A stretch of DNA of 64,000 nucleotides from Pseudomonadota bacterium. Its GTDB lineage: Bacteria; Pseudomonadota; Gammaproteobacteria; Burkholderiales; Burkholderiaceae_C. The position numbers and the translations under genes were made by a program. Positions 11,416 through 20,794 of the stretch are shown here, piece by piece. The number at the start of each line of letters is the position of its first letter. Position 1 is the first letter of the stretch. The stretch covers positions 7,722 through 71,721 of the forward strand of contig JAJYTY010000001.1 in the NCBI GenBank assembly GCA_021792835.1, written 5' to 3'. The notes below the pieces were generated by a model, which was not told the DNA's origin, did no database searches, and saw only the letters and a list, made by a program, of their open reading frames with translations.

Positions 11416-13776
11416 ATGGGTGCCGCCGAAGCTCGGATCGCCCGCGTGCAGCAAGCCGATGCGCTGCTGCTGCGGGTGCGCGGGGTCGTGCAGGGCGTGG
11501 GCTTCCGGCCGATGGTCTGGCACGTCGCGCGCGAGCTGGGCCTGGTCGGCCTGGTCTGCAACGACGGCGTCGGGGTGCGGATTTCGGCCTGGGGACCGCC
11601 CGACGCCCTGGTGCAACTGCCCGCGCGGCTGCGCGCCCAGTGCCCGCCGCTGGCGCGCATCGATGCCATCGAAGGCCTCGGCCGCCCATCCGGCGCCGCC
11701 CCCGGCGACTTCCGCATCGTCGCCAGCCTGCAGGGCGATGCGCGTACCGAGGTGGCGCCCGACGTGGCGACCTGCGCACCCTGCCTGGCCGAGGTGCGCG
11801 ATCCAAGCTCGCGCCGCTGGCGCCATGGCTTCGCCAACTGCACCCATTGCGGGCCGCGCTATTCGCTGCTGCGGGCTCTTCCCTACGATCGCGCGAGCAC
11901 CGGCATGGCCGGCTTCCCGATGTGCGCCGACTGCGCGGCGGAGTACGCGGATCCGGCGGACCGGCGCTTTCATGCCCAGCCCATCGCCTGCCCCGCCTGC
12001 GGTCCCCGGCTGTGGCTCGAAGTGCAGGGACGGCGCGTCGATGCCGATCCCGTCGAGCGGGCGGTCGCGCTGCTGCGGGACGGAGGCATCGTGGCCGTCA
12101 AGGGAGTCGGCGCCTACCACCTCGTGGCGCGCGCTGATTCGCCCGAGGTGGTGCGCGAGCTGCGCAGGCGCAAGATGCGCCCGCACAAGCCGCTGGCACT
12201 GATCGCGCGCGACCTGGACGTGGTGCGCCGCTACGCCTCGCCGACCCCGGGGGAGGAACAGGCGCTGGGATCGCCGGCGGCTCCGGTCGTACTGCTGGCG
12301 GCCCGCGGGCCCGAGCGGCTCGCCGACGAGGTGGCTCCGGGGACCGACCTGCTCGGCTTCGTGCTGCCGATGAGCCCCCTGCACCACCTGCTGCTGGCGC
12401 CATTCGACTCGCCCCTGGTGTTCACCTCGGGCAACGCCGCCGGGCGGCCGCCTTGCACCGGCGAGGCCGAGGCACGCGAGGACCTGCGGGGCATCGCCGA
12501 TGCCTGGCTGATGCACGACCGGCCGATCCTGCATCGCCTGGACGACTCGGTGCAGCGCGAGGTCGGCGGCGCGATGCAGACCCTGCGACGTGGGCGCGGC
12601 CTCGCGCCGGAGGCGCTTGCGCTGCCCGAGGGCTTCGCCGACGCCCCGCCGATCACCGCGCTGGGCGCGCAATGGAAGAACACCGCCTGCCTGCTGCGCG
12701 AGGGTCGCGCGGTGCCCTCGCAGCATTTCGGGGATCTGGGCGACAGCGCGGCCGCGGCCGACGCCGCGCGCGAGTTGCAACGCCTGAGCGAATTGTTCGG
12801 CCACGACCCGCAACGCGTCGCGGTGGACCTGCATCCCGACTACGAATCGACCCGGCGCGGCCATGCGATGGCCGCCGCGGCCGGGCTGGAAGTCGAGTCC
12901 GTCCAGCACCACCATGCGCATGTGGCCGCCTGCATGGCCGAGTACGGGCATTCCCTGGGCGCGGGCCCGGTGCTGGGACTCGCCCTGGATGGCTCGGGCC
13001 TGGGCGACGACGGACGCATCTGGGGAGGCGAACTGCTGCGGGTCGACTACACCCGTGCCGTGCGGGTGGCCGGGCTGCGGCCCACCGCGCTGCCCGGCGG
13101 CGACGCCGCCGCCCGCCAGCCTTGGCGCAACCTCGCCGCGCAGCTGCTGGCAGCGCCCGAGGCGCAGGCACTGCTCGATCGATACGCCGCCGACGAGGCC
13201 CTGCGCTGCCTGGCCGACAAACCCATGGCGCTGCTGGCCCGCATGATCGAATCCAGCCGGCATGCGCCGCCGGCTTCGTCCAGCGGGCGCCTGTTCGACG
13301 CGGTGGCCGCCGCGCTCGGACTGGTTGCGCGGGAACAAAGCTTTGAAGGCCAGGCGGCGATGGCCCTGGAGTCCCTGGCCGCGCGCGCACGCGATGACGG
13401 AGCCTACGAACTGGGCCGGCTGACCGGCGGCCAGATGCCGTATCTGGACCCGGCCCCGCTGTGGCCCCAGCTGCTGGCCGACCTGCGGCGAGCAACGCCC
13501 GCGCCGACGGTGGCACGGCGCTTTGTCCGCGGGCTCGCCGCCGGCTGGGGGAAGCTGCTGCGCGAGGAACTGGCACGCCACCCCTATGCCGCGGTGGCCC
13601 TGACGGGCGGAGTGTTCCAGAACGCCTTGTTCACCGAACTGCTGTGCCGCGAACTTCGCCCGACCGGTGTCGCGCTGTGGACCCATCGACGCGTGCCGGC
13701 GAACGACGGCGGCATCGCCCTCGGGCAGGCCGTGGTGGCCGCGGCGCGCGCCCTGCAACCCGAATGGAGGAACTGA
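11416..13776 (+). CDS. hypF: Carbamoyltransferase HypF (full length)
   Basis: Acylphosphatase domain (VRGVVQGVGFRP), two CxxC zinc fingers, KGVGAYHL, HHHAH, DGSGLG, NDGGIALGQ. Confidence 0.96.
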   Translation: MGAAEARIARVQQADALLLRVRGVVQGVGFRPMVWHVARELGLVGLVCNDGVGVRISAWGPPDALVQLPARLRAQCPPLARIDAIEGLGRPSGAAPGDFRIVASLQGDARTEVAPDVATCAPCLAEVRDPSSRRWRHGFANCTHCGPRYSLLRALPYDRASTGMAGFPMCADCAAEYADPADRRFHAQPIACPACGPRLWLEVQGRRVDADPVERAVALLRDGGIVAVKGVGAYHLVARADSPEVVRELRRRKMRPHKPLALIARDLDVVRRYASPTPGEEQALGSPAAPVVLLAARGPERLADEVAPGTDLLGFVLPMSPLHHLLLAPFDSPLVFTSGNAAGRPPCTGEAEAREDLRGIADAWLMHDRPILHRLDDSVQREVGGAMQTLRRGRGLAPEALALPEGFADAPPITALGAQWKNTACLLREGRAVPSQHFGDLGDSAAAADAARELQRLSELFGHDPQRVAVDLHPDYESTRRGHAMAAAAGLEVESVQHHHAHVAACMAEYGHSLGAGPVLGLALDGSGLGDDGRIWGGELLRVDYTRAVRVAGLRPTALPGGDAAARQPWRNLAAQLLAAPEAQALLDRYAADEALRCLADKPMALLARMIESSRHAPPASSSGRLFDAVAAALGLVAREQSFEGQAAMALESLAARARDDGAYELGRLTGGQMPYLDPAPLWPQLLADLRRATPAPTVARRFVRGLAAGWGKLLREELARHPYAAVALTGGVFQNALFTELLCRELRPTGVALWTHRRVPANDGGIALGQAVVAAARALQPEWRN

Positions 13777-13777
13777 C

Positions 13778-14059
13778 ATGTGCCTGGGAATTCCTGGCCG
13801 CATCGTGGAAATCGTCGACCCCGAGGCCTGCACCGCGGTGGTCGAGATCTCGGGGGTGCGGCGTCGCGTGAACGTGGCCTGCGTGGTGGACGCCGGGCAT
13901 CCGGTGGCCTCCTGCGTGGGCGACTGGGTGCTGGTGCACGTGGGCTTCGCGATGAGCCGCATCGACGGCGACGAAGCCCGTAAAACTCTGCAGCTGCTCG
14001 CCGAACTCGGCGAGATGGATGCAGAGCTCAACGCCATGCGTCAGACCGAAGGAGTGTGA
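13778..14059 (+). CDS. hypC: HypC chaperone
   Basis: MCLGIPG start, GDWVLVHVGFAMS. Confidence 0.96.
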   Translation: MCLGIPGRIVEIVDPEACTAVVEISGVRRRVNVACVVDAGHPVASCVGDWVLVHVGFAMSRIDGDEARKTLQLLAELGEMDAELNAMRQTEGV

Positions 14060-14060
14060 G

Positions 14061-14756
14061 ATGGGCACTTCCTCTGCCCTTGAAGGTCTCTACCCCTTCC
14101 TCCATGGCCATCCCAAGGATGCCGCGCAGGACCATGCGGCTCTGCTCGAATCGGTGCGACGCAAGAGTGCCGATAGCCTCGCCGCGAAGGAGCGCTTCTA
14201 CAGCGACCACGCCGAGGACGTGGTGGCCTGCGCCCGTACCCTGGCAGCCGTCTATGCCGACGGCGGGCGGATGTTCGCCATGGGCAATGGCGGCTCCAGC
14301 TGCGACGCGGCACACTTTTGCGTGGAGTTCCAGCATCCCGTCACAGCGGGCCGCCCGGCGCTGCCGGCGATGAACCTGGTGATGGACATGGCCATGTTCT
14401 CCGCGGTGTGCAACGACATCGGCGTGCGCCACGTGTTCACCCGCCAGCTCGAAGCGCATGCCCGCGCCGGCGACGGCTTGGTGGGGTTTTCCACCAGCGG
14501 CAACTCCGACAACCTGATGCAGGCCTTCGCCAAGGCGCGCGACAAGGGGCTGCGCACCATCGGCTTCGCTGGTGGCGACGGCGGCGCGATGCGCCGCAGC
14601 GGCCTGCTCGACCACTGTCTGGTCGTCGACACCGATTCCATTCACCGCGTGCAGGAAGTACACGTCTCGCTCTATCACATCCTCTGGGATCTGACCCACA
14701 CCCTGCTGGCCGACCAGCGCGGCGCCATCAAGGACACCGACCATGCAGTACGTTGA
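14061..14756 (+). CDS. SIS-domain protein, GmhA (phosphoheptose isomerase)-like, embedded in the hyp operon
   Basis: GNGGSSCDAAHF..E, STSGNS.N, G..TIGF.GGDGG, RVQEVH...YH; overlaps the hypD start. Confidence 0.85.
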   Translation: MGTSSALEGLYPFLHGHPKDAAQDHAALLESVRRKSADSLAAKERFYSDHAEDVVACARTLAAVYADGGRMFAMGNGGSSCDAAHFCVEFQHPVTAGRPALPAMNLVMDMAMFSAVCNDIGVRHVFTRQLEAHARAGDGLVGFSTSGNSDNLMQAFAKARDKGLRTIGFAGGDGGAMRRSGLLDHCLVVDTDSIHRVQEVHVSLYHILWDLTHTLLADQRGAIKDTDHAVR

Positions 14757-15906
14757 CGAATTCCGCGACCCGCAAAAGGCGCGCGCCTTGGTGTACCAGA
14801 TTGGCGTGCTGCTCGAGCGCATTCCCGCCGCGCACAACCGCCCGCTACAGATCATGGAGTTCTGCGGCGGCCACACCCACACCATCTTCCGCTACGGCCT
14901 TGAGCAGATGCTGCCCGAGCGTATCGAGATGGTTCACGGCCCGGGCTGCCCGGTGTGCGTGCTGCCGATGGGCCGGGTGGATGACTGCATCGCCATTGCG
15001 CAGCGCCCGGAGGTGATTTTCACCACCTTCGGCGACGCGATGCGCGTGCCCGGCTCGCAAAAAAGTCTGCTGCAGGCCAAGGCCGACGGTGCCGACGTGC
15101 GCATGGTGTATTCCCCGCTGGACGCGCTGGACCTGGCCCGCCGCAATCCCGACCGCGAGATCGTGTTTTTCGCCCTGGGTTTCGAGACCACCATGCCCAG
15201 CACCGCACTCACTGTGCAGCAGGCCGAGCGTGAGGGCATCCGCAACTTCTCGCTCTTTTGCAATCACATCACCACGGTGCCGACCATCAAAGCGATTTTG
15301 GATTCACCAGACATGCAGATTGACGCGTTCCTCGCGCCCGGCCATGTCAGCATGGTGGTTGGCGAGGCACCTTTCGAATTTATCGCTCGGGATTATCACC
15401 GGCCCATCGTCATCACTGGATTTGAGCCTCTGGATATCTTGCAATCTCTCTGGATGGTCATTCGCCAAATGGCCGAAGGAAAGTGCGCAGTGGAAAACCA
15501 ATATGCCCGCGTCGTGCCTTCCGGTGGCAACCTGCCAGGCCTGCAAGCCATCAGTGCTGTGTTCGAGCTACGCCCGTTTTTCGAGTGGCGCGGACTGGGG
15601 TCGATTGATCATTCCGGCGTACGCATGCGTGACAGCTACGCTGTCTTTGACGCCGAACGCAAGTTCGCAGTCCCCAACCTTCGTATTGCCGACCCTAAAT
15701 CGTGCCAGTGCGGCGAGGTACTGAAGGGCTCCATCCGCCCTTGGGAGTGCAAGGTCTACGGTGCCCCCTGTTCACCCGAAACGCCGCTGGGCGCGCTAAT
15801 GGTGTCGTCCGAAGGTGCCTGCGCCGCCTATTTCAGCTACGGCCACCAGACTCGCCGCATGCAGCTTGACGCGCGGATGGCCGCTAATCTGGAGTCCACA
15901 CGATGA
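14743..15906 (+). CDS. hypD: HypD Fe-S scaffold
   Basis: MEFCGGHTH, GPGCPVCV, GFETT, PGHVS, C.CGEVLKG...P.EC, GALMVSSEGACAAY. Confidence 0.97.
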   Translation: MQYVDEFRDPQKARALVYQIGVLLERIPAAHNRPLQIMEFCGGHTHTIFRYGLEQMLPERIEMVHGPGCPVCVLPMGRVDDCIAIAQRPEVIFTTFGDAMRVPGSQKSLLQAKADGADVRMVYSPLDALDLARRNPDREIVFFALGFETTMPSTALTVQQAEREGIRNFSLFCNHITTVPTIKAILDSPDMQIDAFLAPGHVSMVVGEAPFEFIARDYHRPIVITGFEPLDILQSLWMVIRQMAEGKCAVENQYARVVPSGGNLPGLQAISAVFELRPFFEWRGLGSIDHSGVRMRDSYAVFDAERKFAVPNLRIADPKSCQCGEVLKGSIRPWECKVYGAPCSPETPLGALMVSSEGACAAYFSYGHQTRRMQLDARMAANLESTR

Positions 15907-16970
15907 ACGCTCCCGACCCCGTGATGCGCCGGCGCAGCGGCAAGGTGTCCGACGCGCAGATCACGCTCTCACACGGCAGCGGCGGCAAGGCCATGCGCGA
16001 CTTGATTGACGATCTGTTCGTGCGCGCCTTCGACAATCCGTTGCTTTCTTCCCTTGAAGACCAGGCCCGTATCGATCTGACTGAGCTCGCTGCCCATGGG
16101 AGCCGGCTAGCGATGACCACCGATTCCTACGTTGTCACCCCGCTGTTCTTCCCCGGCGGCGATATCGGCAAGCTCGCTGTAGCCGGTACTGTTAACGATC
16201 TAGCCGTGAGCGGTGCGCGCCCGCTCTACCTCACCTGCGGCATGATCCTCGAGGAGGGACTGCCTATTGCCGAGCTGCGCCGGGTCGTGGCTTCGATGCA
16301 GGCCACTGCGGAGGCCGCCGGGGTCCGCATCATCACCGGCGACACCAAGGTGGTGCCGCGCGGCGGTGCGGACAAGCTGTTCATCAACACTGCAGGCATC
16401 GGCGTCATCCCCCACGGGGTGGACATCCGCGCCGACCGCGCCCGGCCAGGCGACGTGGTGCTGATCAACGGCTTTATCGGTGACCACGGCGCAGCCATCG
16501 TGGATGCCCGGGGCGAGCTGGCCCTCGAGAGCGGTGTGGAGTCAGATTGCCAGCCCCTGGGCGGATTGATCGCTGCCATGCTCGCCGCCTGTCCGGACAT
16601 CCGCTGTATGCGGGACGCAACCCGCGGCGGCGTGGCGACCGTGCTCAACGAGTTCGCACAAGCCAGTGGCTGTGCTATCCGTCTGCAACAGGACGCCCTG
16701 CCGGTGCGTGATGCGGTGCGTGGCGTGTGCGAACTGCTCGGGTTGGACCCGCTATATCTCGCCAACGAGGGCAAGATCGTCGCCATCGTCGCACCCGAGC
16801 ATGCCAAGGCGGTGTTAGCAGCGATGCGTGCCCATCCGGCCGGACACGACAGCCGTGCCATTGGCACGGTGCGCGAGGCGCCAAAAGCCACCGTCGTGCT
16901 CGCCACGCATTTTGGCGGCGACCGCCGGGTGGACATGCTCTTCGGCGATCAGCTGCCGCGGATCTGTTGA
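15903..16970 (+). CDS. hypE: HypE carbamoyl dehydratase
   Basis: HGSGG, TTDSYVV.PLFFPGGDIG, GDTKVV, DATRGG, C-terminal QLPRIC. Confidence 0.97.
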   Translation: MNAPDPVMRRRSGKVSDAQITLSHGSGGKAMRDLIDDLFVRAFDNPLLSSLEDQARIDLTELAAHGSRLAMTTDSYVVTPLFFPGGDIGKLAVAGTVNDLAVSGARPLYLTCGMILEEGLPIAELRRVVASMQATAEAAGVRIITGDTKVVPRGGADKLFINTAGIGVIPHGVDIRADRARPGDVVLINGFIGDHGAAIVDARGELALESGVESDCQPLGGLIAAMLAACPDIRCMRDATRGGVATVLNEFAQASGCAIRLQQDALPVRDAVRGVCELLGLDPLYLANEGKIVAIVAPEHAKAVLAAMRAHPAGHDSRAIGTVREAPKATVVLATHFGGDRRVDMLFGDQLPRIC

Positions 16971-16996
16971 ACGGCAGAATTGAGTCTCGCGGGGTC

Positions 16997-17020
16997 TGAA
17001 CTGACCCCCAGAAGTTGGAC
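16997..17020. mobile_element. Solo terminal inverted repeat resembling IS3-family (IS150-like) ends
   Basis: TGAACTGACCCCCAGAAGTTGGAC resembles the TG-A-CTG-CCC...GTTGGAC pattern of IS150-group ends (from recall). No partner IR or transposase was seen. Confidence 0.5.
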
Positions 17021-17033
17021 GTTTGCGATCCCG

Positions 17034-17111
17034 CTAATCAGTCGGCACAAGCTGCTTGCGCCTCTCGTGCAGTTGTTCGAGTTTCTGAAATCGGGCGTCT
17101 TCCTCGTCCAT
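17034..17111 (-). pseudogene. 5' remnant of a probable IS630-family transposase
   Basis: Hand translation MDEEDARFQKLEQLHERRKQLVPTD*, resembling the LEQLHERRKQVV N-terminus of betaproteobacterial IS630 transposases (from recall). Confidence 0.5.
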
Positions 17112-17412
17112 GACCATTCAGCGCACGACGCCCGAAAAAGTTTGCTCATCAACGTGCCGAATTAATAAGATGATCGATTGCAAGCCAAGCCGTGGATGCA
17201 CAGTCTTGGCCTTCTCGATTGCTTCACTTCTCAAGAACGATGATTTGTGGACAGACTTTCTGTGTAGTAGTTCACGATGTTGCCCAATGAATGCAATCGC
17301 GGCGAGAGTCAGCGCAGACAAAGAATCTATGCTTCAAGCGAGGAGTTCCCCAGCGGTTTGAAACCCACCCGCTGCGATTTTGTCGCCGTTGTGCTGTTGC
17401 GCCGAGGCCCGC

Positions 17413-20400
17413 ATGAAAACCATCAGAATCTTCATCATGGCCGGCACGGTCTTGGTTTCGGCCCTGTTTTTCGGCAGCAGCTATGTCATTGTGTCGCATG
17501 CCTTCACCCGGGCGATGCAGGCGAACTCCCTTCGGACGTCGCGCGTCATGGCCCAGTCCACCTTCAACTCGATGTTCCAGTTGATGAGCACCGGATGGAC
17601 GCACACGCAGGCTGAAGCATTCCTGCGCGCCAGCGACGGGGCCATGCAGCATTCCGATTTCACCCAGCAGATCTTCCGCGGCAGCATCGTCTCCGCGCGC
17701 TTCGGCCCCATCCCGCAAGCCCCCGTGGATGCCGCGGTCGCACAGGTGTTCCAGACCGGAAAGCCGGAGCAGCATGTCAGCGGAAACAGCACGCGCTATG
17801 TCTTTCCGCTGCGTGCAGAAACACAATGTCTGCGCTGTCATACCAACGCCCAGGTGGGCAGCGTGCTCGGCGTCATCGACGTTCGCCAGAATCTGGAGCC
17901 GTCCATCCAGGCCGCACGACGGGACTTTTTCGAGTCCATGCTGTGGGTCTTCCCCTTTCCGATCCTGGGCTCCTTGCTGTTGACGGTCTTCGTGGACTGG
18001 CGCATCGACCGATCCATGGGCATGCTCAAGCGCAGCATGGACCAAATCCATCAAATATCGGATTTAAGATTAGTCCGATTTCAGCCCATCGATTTGTGGT
18101 TTTCCGATCTCAACACCATCTTTGGCCAAATTGGTCAGCTCATCGACAAACTCCGTGGCATCGCCATCGAAAAGGACTACCTGGCCGATCATGATGCGCT
18201 GACTGGCCTGCCCAACCGCCGGGGACTGCTGGACCATCTCTCCCGCACGCTGGCGCGCGCCCGTCGTCACGGCGGGCGCGTGGTGATCGGCATGCTCGAC
18301 CTGGATGACTTTAAGCCCATCAATGACACCTGGGGCCATGCGGCGGGCGATGCGCTGCTGCGCGAGTTCGGCCGCAGACTGCGGGCCGCTTTGCGCGAAA
18401 CCGATGTGGTGGCGCGCCTGGGCGGCGATGAATTCGTCGTCATCCTTGACCAAGCCGCGGCCAGCGACGATCTGCCCGCCGTTCTGGCGCGCCTGGAGTC
18501 GGCAATCACCGCGCCCTATGTCCTGCCGAGCGGACACGAGGCCCGCATCGGCGTGAGCCTGGGCGTGACGCTTTACCCCGAGGACGACGCCGAACCGGAA
18601 ATCCTGCTGCGCCACGCCGATGAGGCGCTGTATGCCATCAAGGAGCGCAAGGCCACCCGTCAGCAAGGCTGGATGCAGTGGCACGCACTGCCGGCCCCGA
18701 ACCAACCCAGCGAAGACGATGCGCTGGTCGTGCCCGGTTACGGACAGGGGGCCGCGGCGCTGTTGACCCGTGTGCGGGAGTCGCTTCTGAGCGCCACCTC
18801 CGCGTTCGTCACGACCTTTTACGCCACCCTGGCGCTGCAAGCCGAAGCGCAAGTCATCCTGCAGCGCTTGAGCCCCGATGAATTCACCCATCTGCGTGAG
18901 CGCCAACACCAACATCTGGGACACATTCTGGCCCCCGATCTGACCGAAGCGGCACATCGACTGAGCGCGCACCGCCTGGGGCGCATCCATGCCCTGATCG
19001 GGCTTGACCAGGGTGCCATTATCGAGGCCATGCATCTTTATCTCGATACCCTGAAGCAAGAGATCGGCAAACTGAATCTAAGGCCCTTCGAACGCAGCCA
19101 TTTGGTGAATCTGCTGTCGCGCCGACTGCTCACCGAGATGGAAGAGCAGATCAAGGGCGAGATGGACGTCACGCAAAGGCGCGAGCATCTGCTGCTGTCC
19201 CTGCATGCCCAGAAAACCGCGGCGTCCAACTGGCCGGACTTCCTGCGCATCATGGTCGATCAACTCGTGGCCCTGGAGGGGATGCAAGGCGCCGGTGTTG
19301 CCCGGCCCGATAGCGGTGGGCAGTTCGTCTTCGAATACACCGCCGGGGGGTTCGGCGCCTATTTGCAGGCGATCGACGAACATCAGTTGATGTCGCGGGT
19401 GACCGACCCCGGCGCGAACTTCGAGCACGTTCCTTATTTCCGCGCCTGGCGCAGTGAAATGATTGAGACGACGACCAGCTACGCTACCAATCCCGACATC
19501 GCCCCTCTGCGTGAAGCCGCTCGGGCCGCGGGCATCCGCAGCAGCGCGGCAGTCCCGCTGAAGGATGCGCAGGGCCATGTGTTTGCCGTGCTGATCCTGT
19601 TCGGCAGCTACCCCGGCGTATTCGAGACCCCCTCGGCGCGAACGTTTCTGGCGGCCCTGGGCCTGCTGGTGAGCGAGCGGCACCATGAGACCTCGCGGGA
19701 ACAGAAGATGCCGCCGATCTCCGCCGAACGCCGGCATGCGCTGCGGGATCGCCTGTATCGCGGCGCTCTGGAGCTGCACTACCAGCCGGTGGTGGATTTG
19801 CGCTCCGGCAAACCCGATCTGGTCGAGGCCCTGGCGCGTCTGCGGCTGGAGGACGGTACGCTGGCCAGTCCCGCGGAGTTCCTGCCCGGATTCGGCGAAA
19901 CCGAGTTTGTGCGCCTCTTTCGGGATGGATTGCACCAGGCCCTGACCCAGCTCCAAGCTTGGGACGCGCAGGGGTTGAAGCTTGTCGTGAGCCTGAACCT
20001 GCCCCCAGCCGTGCTGATCCATCCCGAGTGCTCCACCTGGGTGCGACAGGCCTTGCAGGAGCATGGGCTGGCGCCTTCCCGCCTGCGTCTGGAGCTGTTG
20101 GAAACGGAAGAACTCGATGACGTTTCTGGGCGGGATGCCGCCCTACGGGCGCTTTCCATCCTCGGCGTGCAATTGCTCATGGATGATCTCGGCACGGGCT
20201 ACAGCAGTCTGCTGCGCTTACGCACGCTGCCCTTCTCCGCGGTGAAGATCGATCAGGGACTGGTGCGCGAGGCTCCGCGGGATCCCTTGCGGGTCATTGG
20301 CTTCATCGGCTCGCTGGTGCGTCTGGCGCAGAGCCTGGACTTGCGTGTGATCGTGGAGGGGCTGGAAAGCCCGGCGCTGGTCGAGGCCGCCGCCATTCTG

Positions 20401-20784
20401 GGCGCCACCGCCGGCCAGGGCTATGCGCTGGCGCGTCCGATGCCGGCGGCCGAGGTGCCGGGATGGATCCAGGGTTTTGAGCTCCGATTGGATCCGCGGG
20501 ATCCGCAGACGGCCTTGGGCGCCTTGGCCGGGCACTGGAGTTGGGAGCAGGGGGTGCGGTACGCGGGGGCGCGCGCGATGCATGACGCGGGCACGTGTGC
20601 GCTGGGCAGTTTCGTCGTGTCGCAAGGACTCGGCGGATCCGCTCTGGATAGCGCCCACCGGCAGCTGCATCAAGCCGCTGTCGAGCACGGGCCCGAGAGT
20701 GCCCAGTACCGGCAGTGGGCGCAGCGGGTGGTCGCCGCGCTGATGGCGCTGAGCAACGGGTCCATGGGAGCACCGACAGATTAA
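17413..20784 (+). CDS. Membrane c-di-GMP enzyme: TM - periplasmic CxxCH domain - TM - GGDEF - globin (protoglobin) - GAF - EAL - CZB-like tail
   Basis: CLRCH at 17827-17841; RETD I-site plus GGDEF; FYATL...LGRIHALIG globin motif; EAL with DDLGTGYSS and EGLE; C-terminal HW...CALG...HRQLH. Confidence 0.88.
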   Translation: MKTIRIFIMAGTVLVSALFFGSSYVIVSHAFTRAMQANSLRTSRVMAQSTFNSMFQLMSTGWTHTQAEAFLRASDGAMQHSDFTQQIFRGSIVSARFGPIPQAPVDAAVAQVFQTGKPEQHVSGNSTRYVFPLRAETQCLRCHTNAQVGSVLGVIDVRQNLEPSIQAARRDFFESMLWVFPFPILGSLLLTVFVDWRIDRSMGMLKRSMDQIHQISDLRLVRFQPIDLWFSDLNTIFGQIGQLIDKLRGIAIEKDYLADHDALTGLPNRRGLLDHLSRTLARARRHGGRVVIGMLDLDDFKPINDTWGHAAGDALLREFGRRLRAALRETDVVARLGGDEFVVILDQAAASDDLPAVLARLESAITAPYVLPSGHEARIGVSLGVTLYPEDDAEPEILLRHADEALYAIKERKATRQQGWMQWHALPAPNQPSEDDALVVPGYGQGAAALLTRVRESLLSATSAFVTTFYATLALQAEAQVILQRLSPDEFTHLRERQHQHLGHILAPDLTEAAHRLSAHRLGRIHALIGLDQGAIIEAMHLYLDTLKQEIGKLNLRPFERSHLVNLLSRRLLTEMEEQIKGEMDVTQRREHLLLSLHAQKTAASNWPDFLRIMVDQLVALEGMQGAGVARPDSGGQFVFEYTAGGFGAYLQAIDEHQLMSRVTDPGANFEHVPYFRAWRSEMIETTTSYATNPDIAPLREAARAAGIRSSAAVPLKDAQGHVFAVLILFGSYPGVFETPSARTFLAALGLLVSERHHETSREQKMPPISAERRHALRDRLYRGALELHYQPVVDLRSGKPDLVEALARLRLEDGTLASPAEFLPGFGETEFVRLFRDGLHQALTQLQAWDAQGLKLVVSLNLPPAVLIHPECSTWVRQALQEHGLAPSRLRLELLETEELDDVSGRDAALRALSILGVQLLMDDLGTGYSSLLRLRTLPFSAVKIDQGLVREAPRDPLRVIGFIGSLVRLAQSLDLRVIVEGLESPALVEAAAILGATAGQGYALARPMPAAEVPGWIQGFELRLDPRDPQTALGALAGHWSWEQGVRYAGARAMHDAGTCALGSFVVSQGLGGSALDSAHRQLHQAAVEHGPESAQYRQWAQRVVAALMALSNGSMGAPTD

Positions 20785-20794
20785 GGAGGCCATT

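Noticed and set aside
18057-18079. ATCGGA...TCCGAT palindrome in an AT-rich patch inside the first GGDEF/EAL gene
   Set aside because: A short, intragenic inverted repeat with no supporting context; likely chance.
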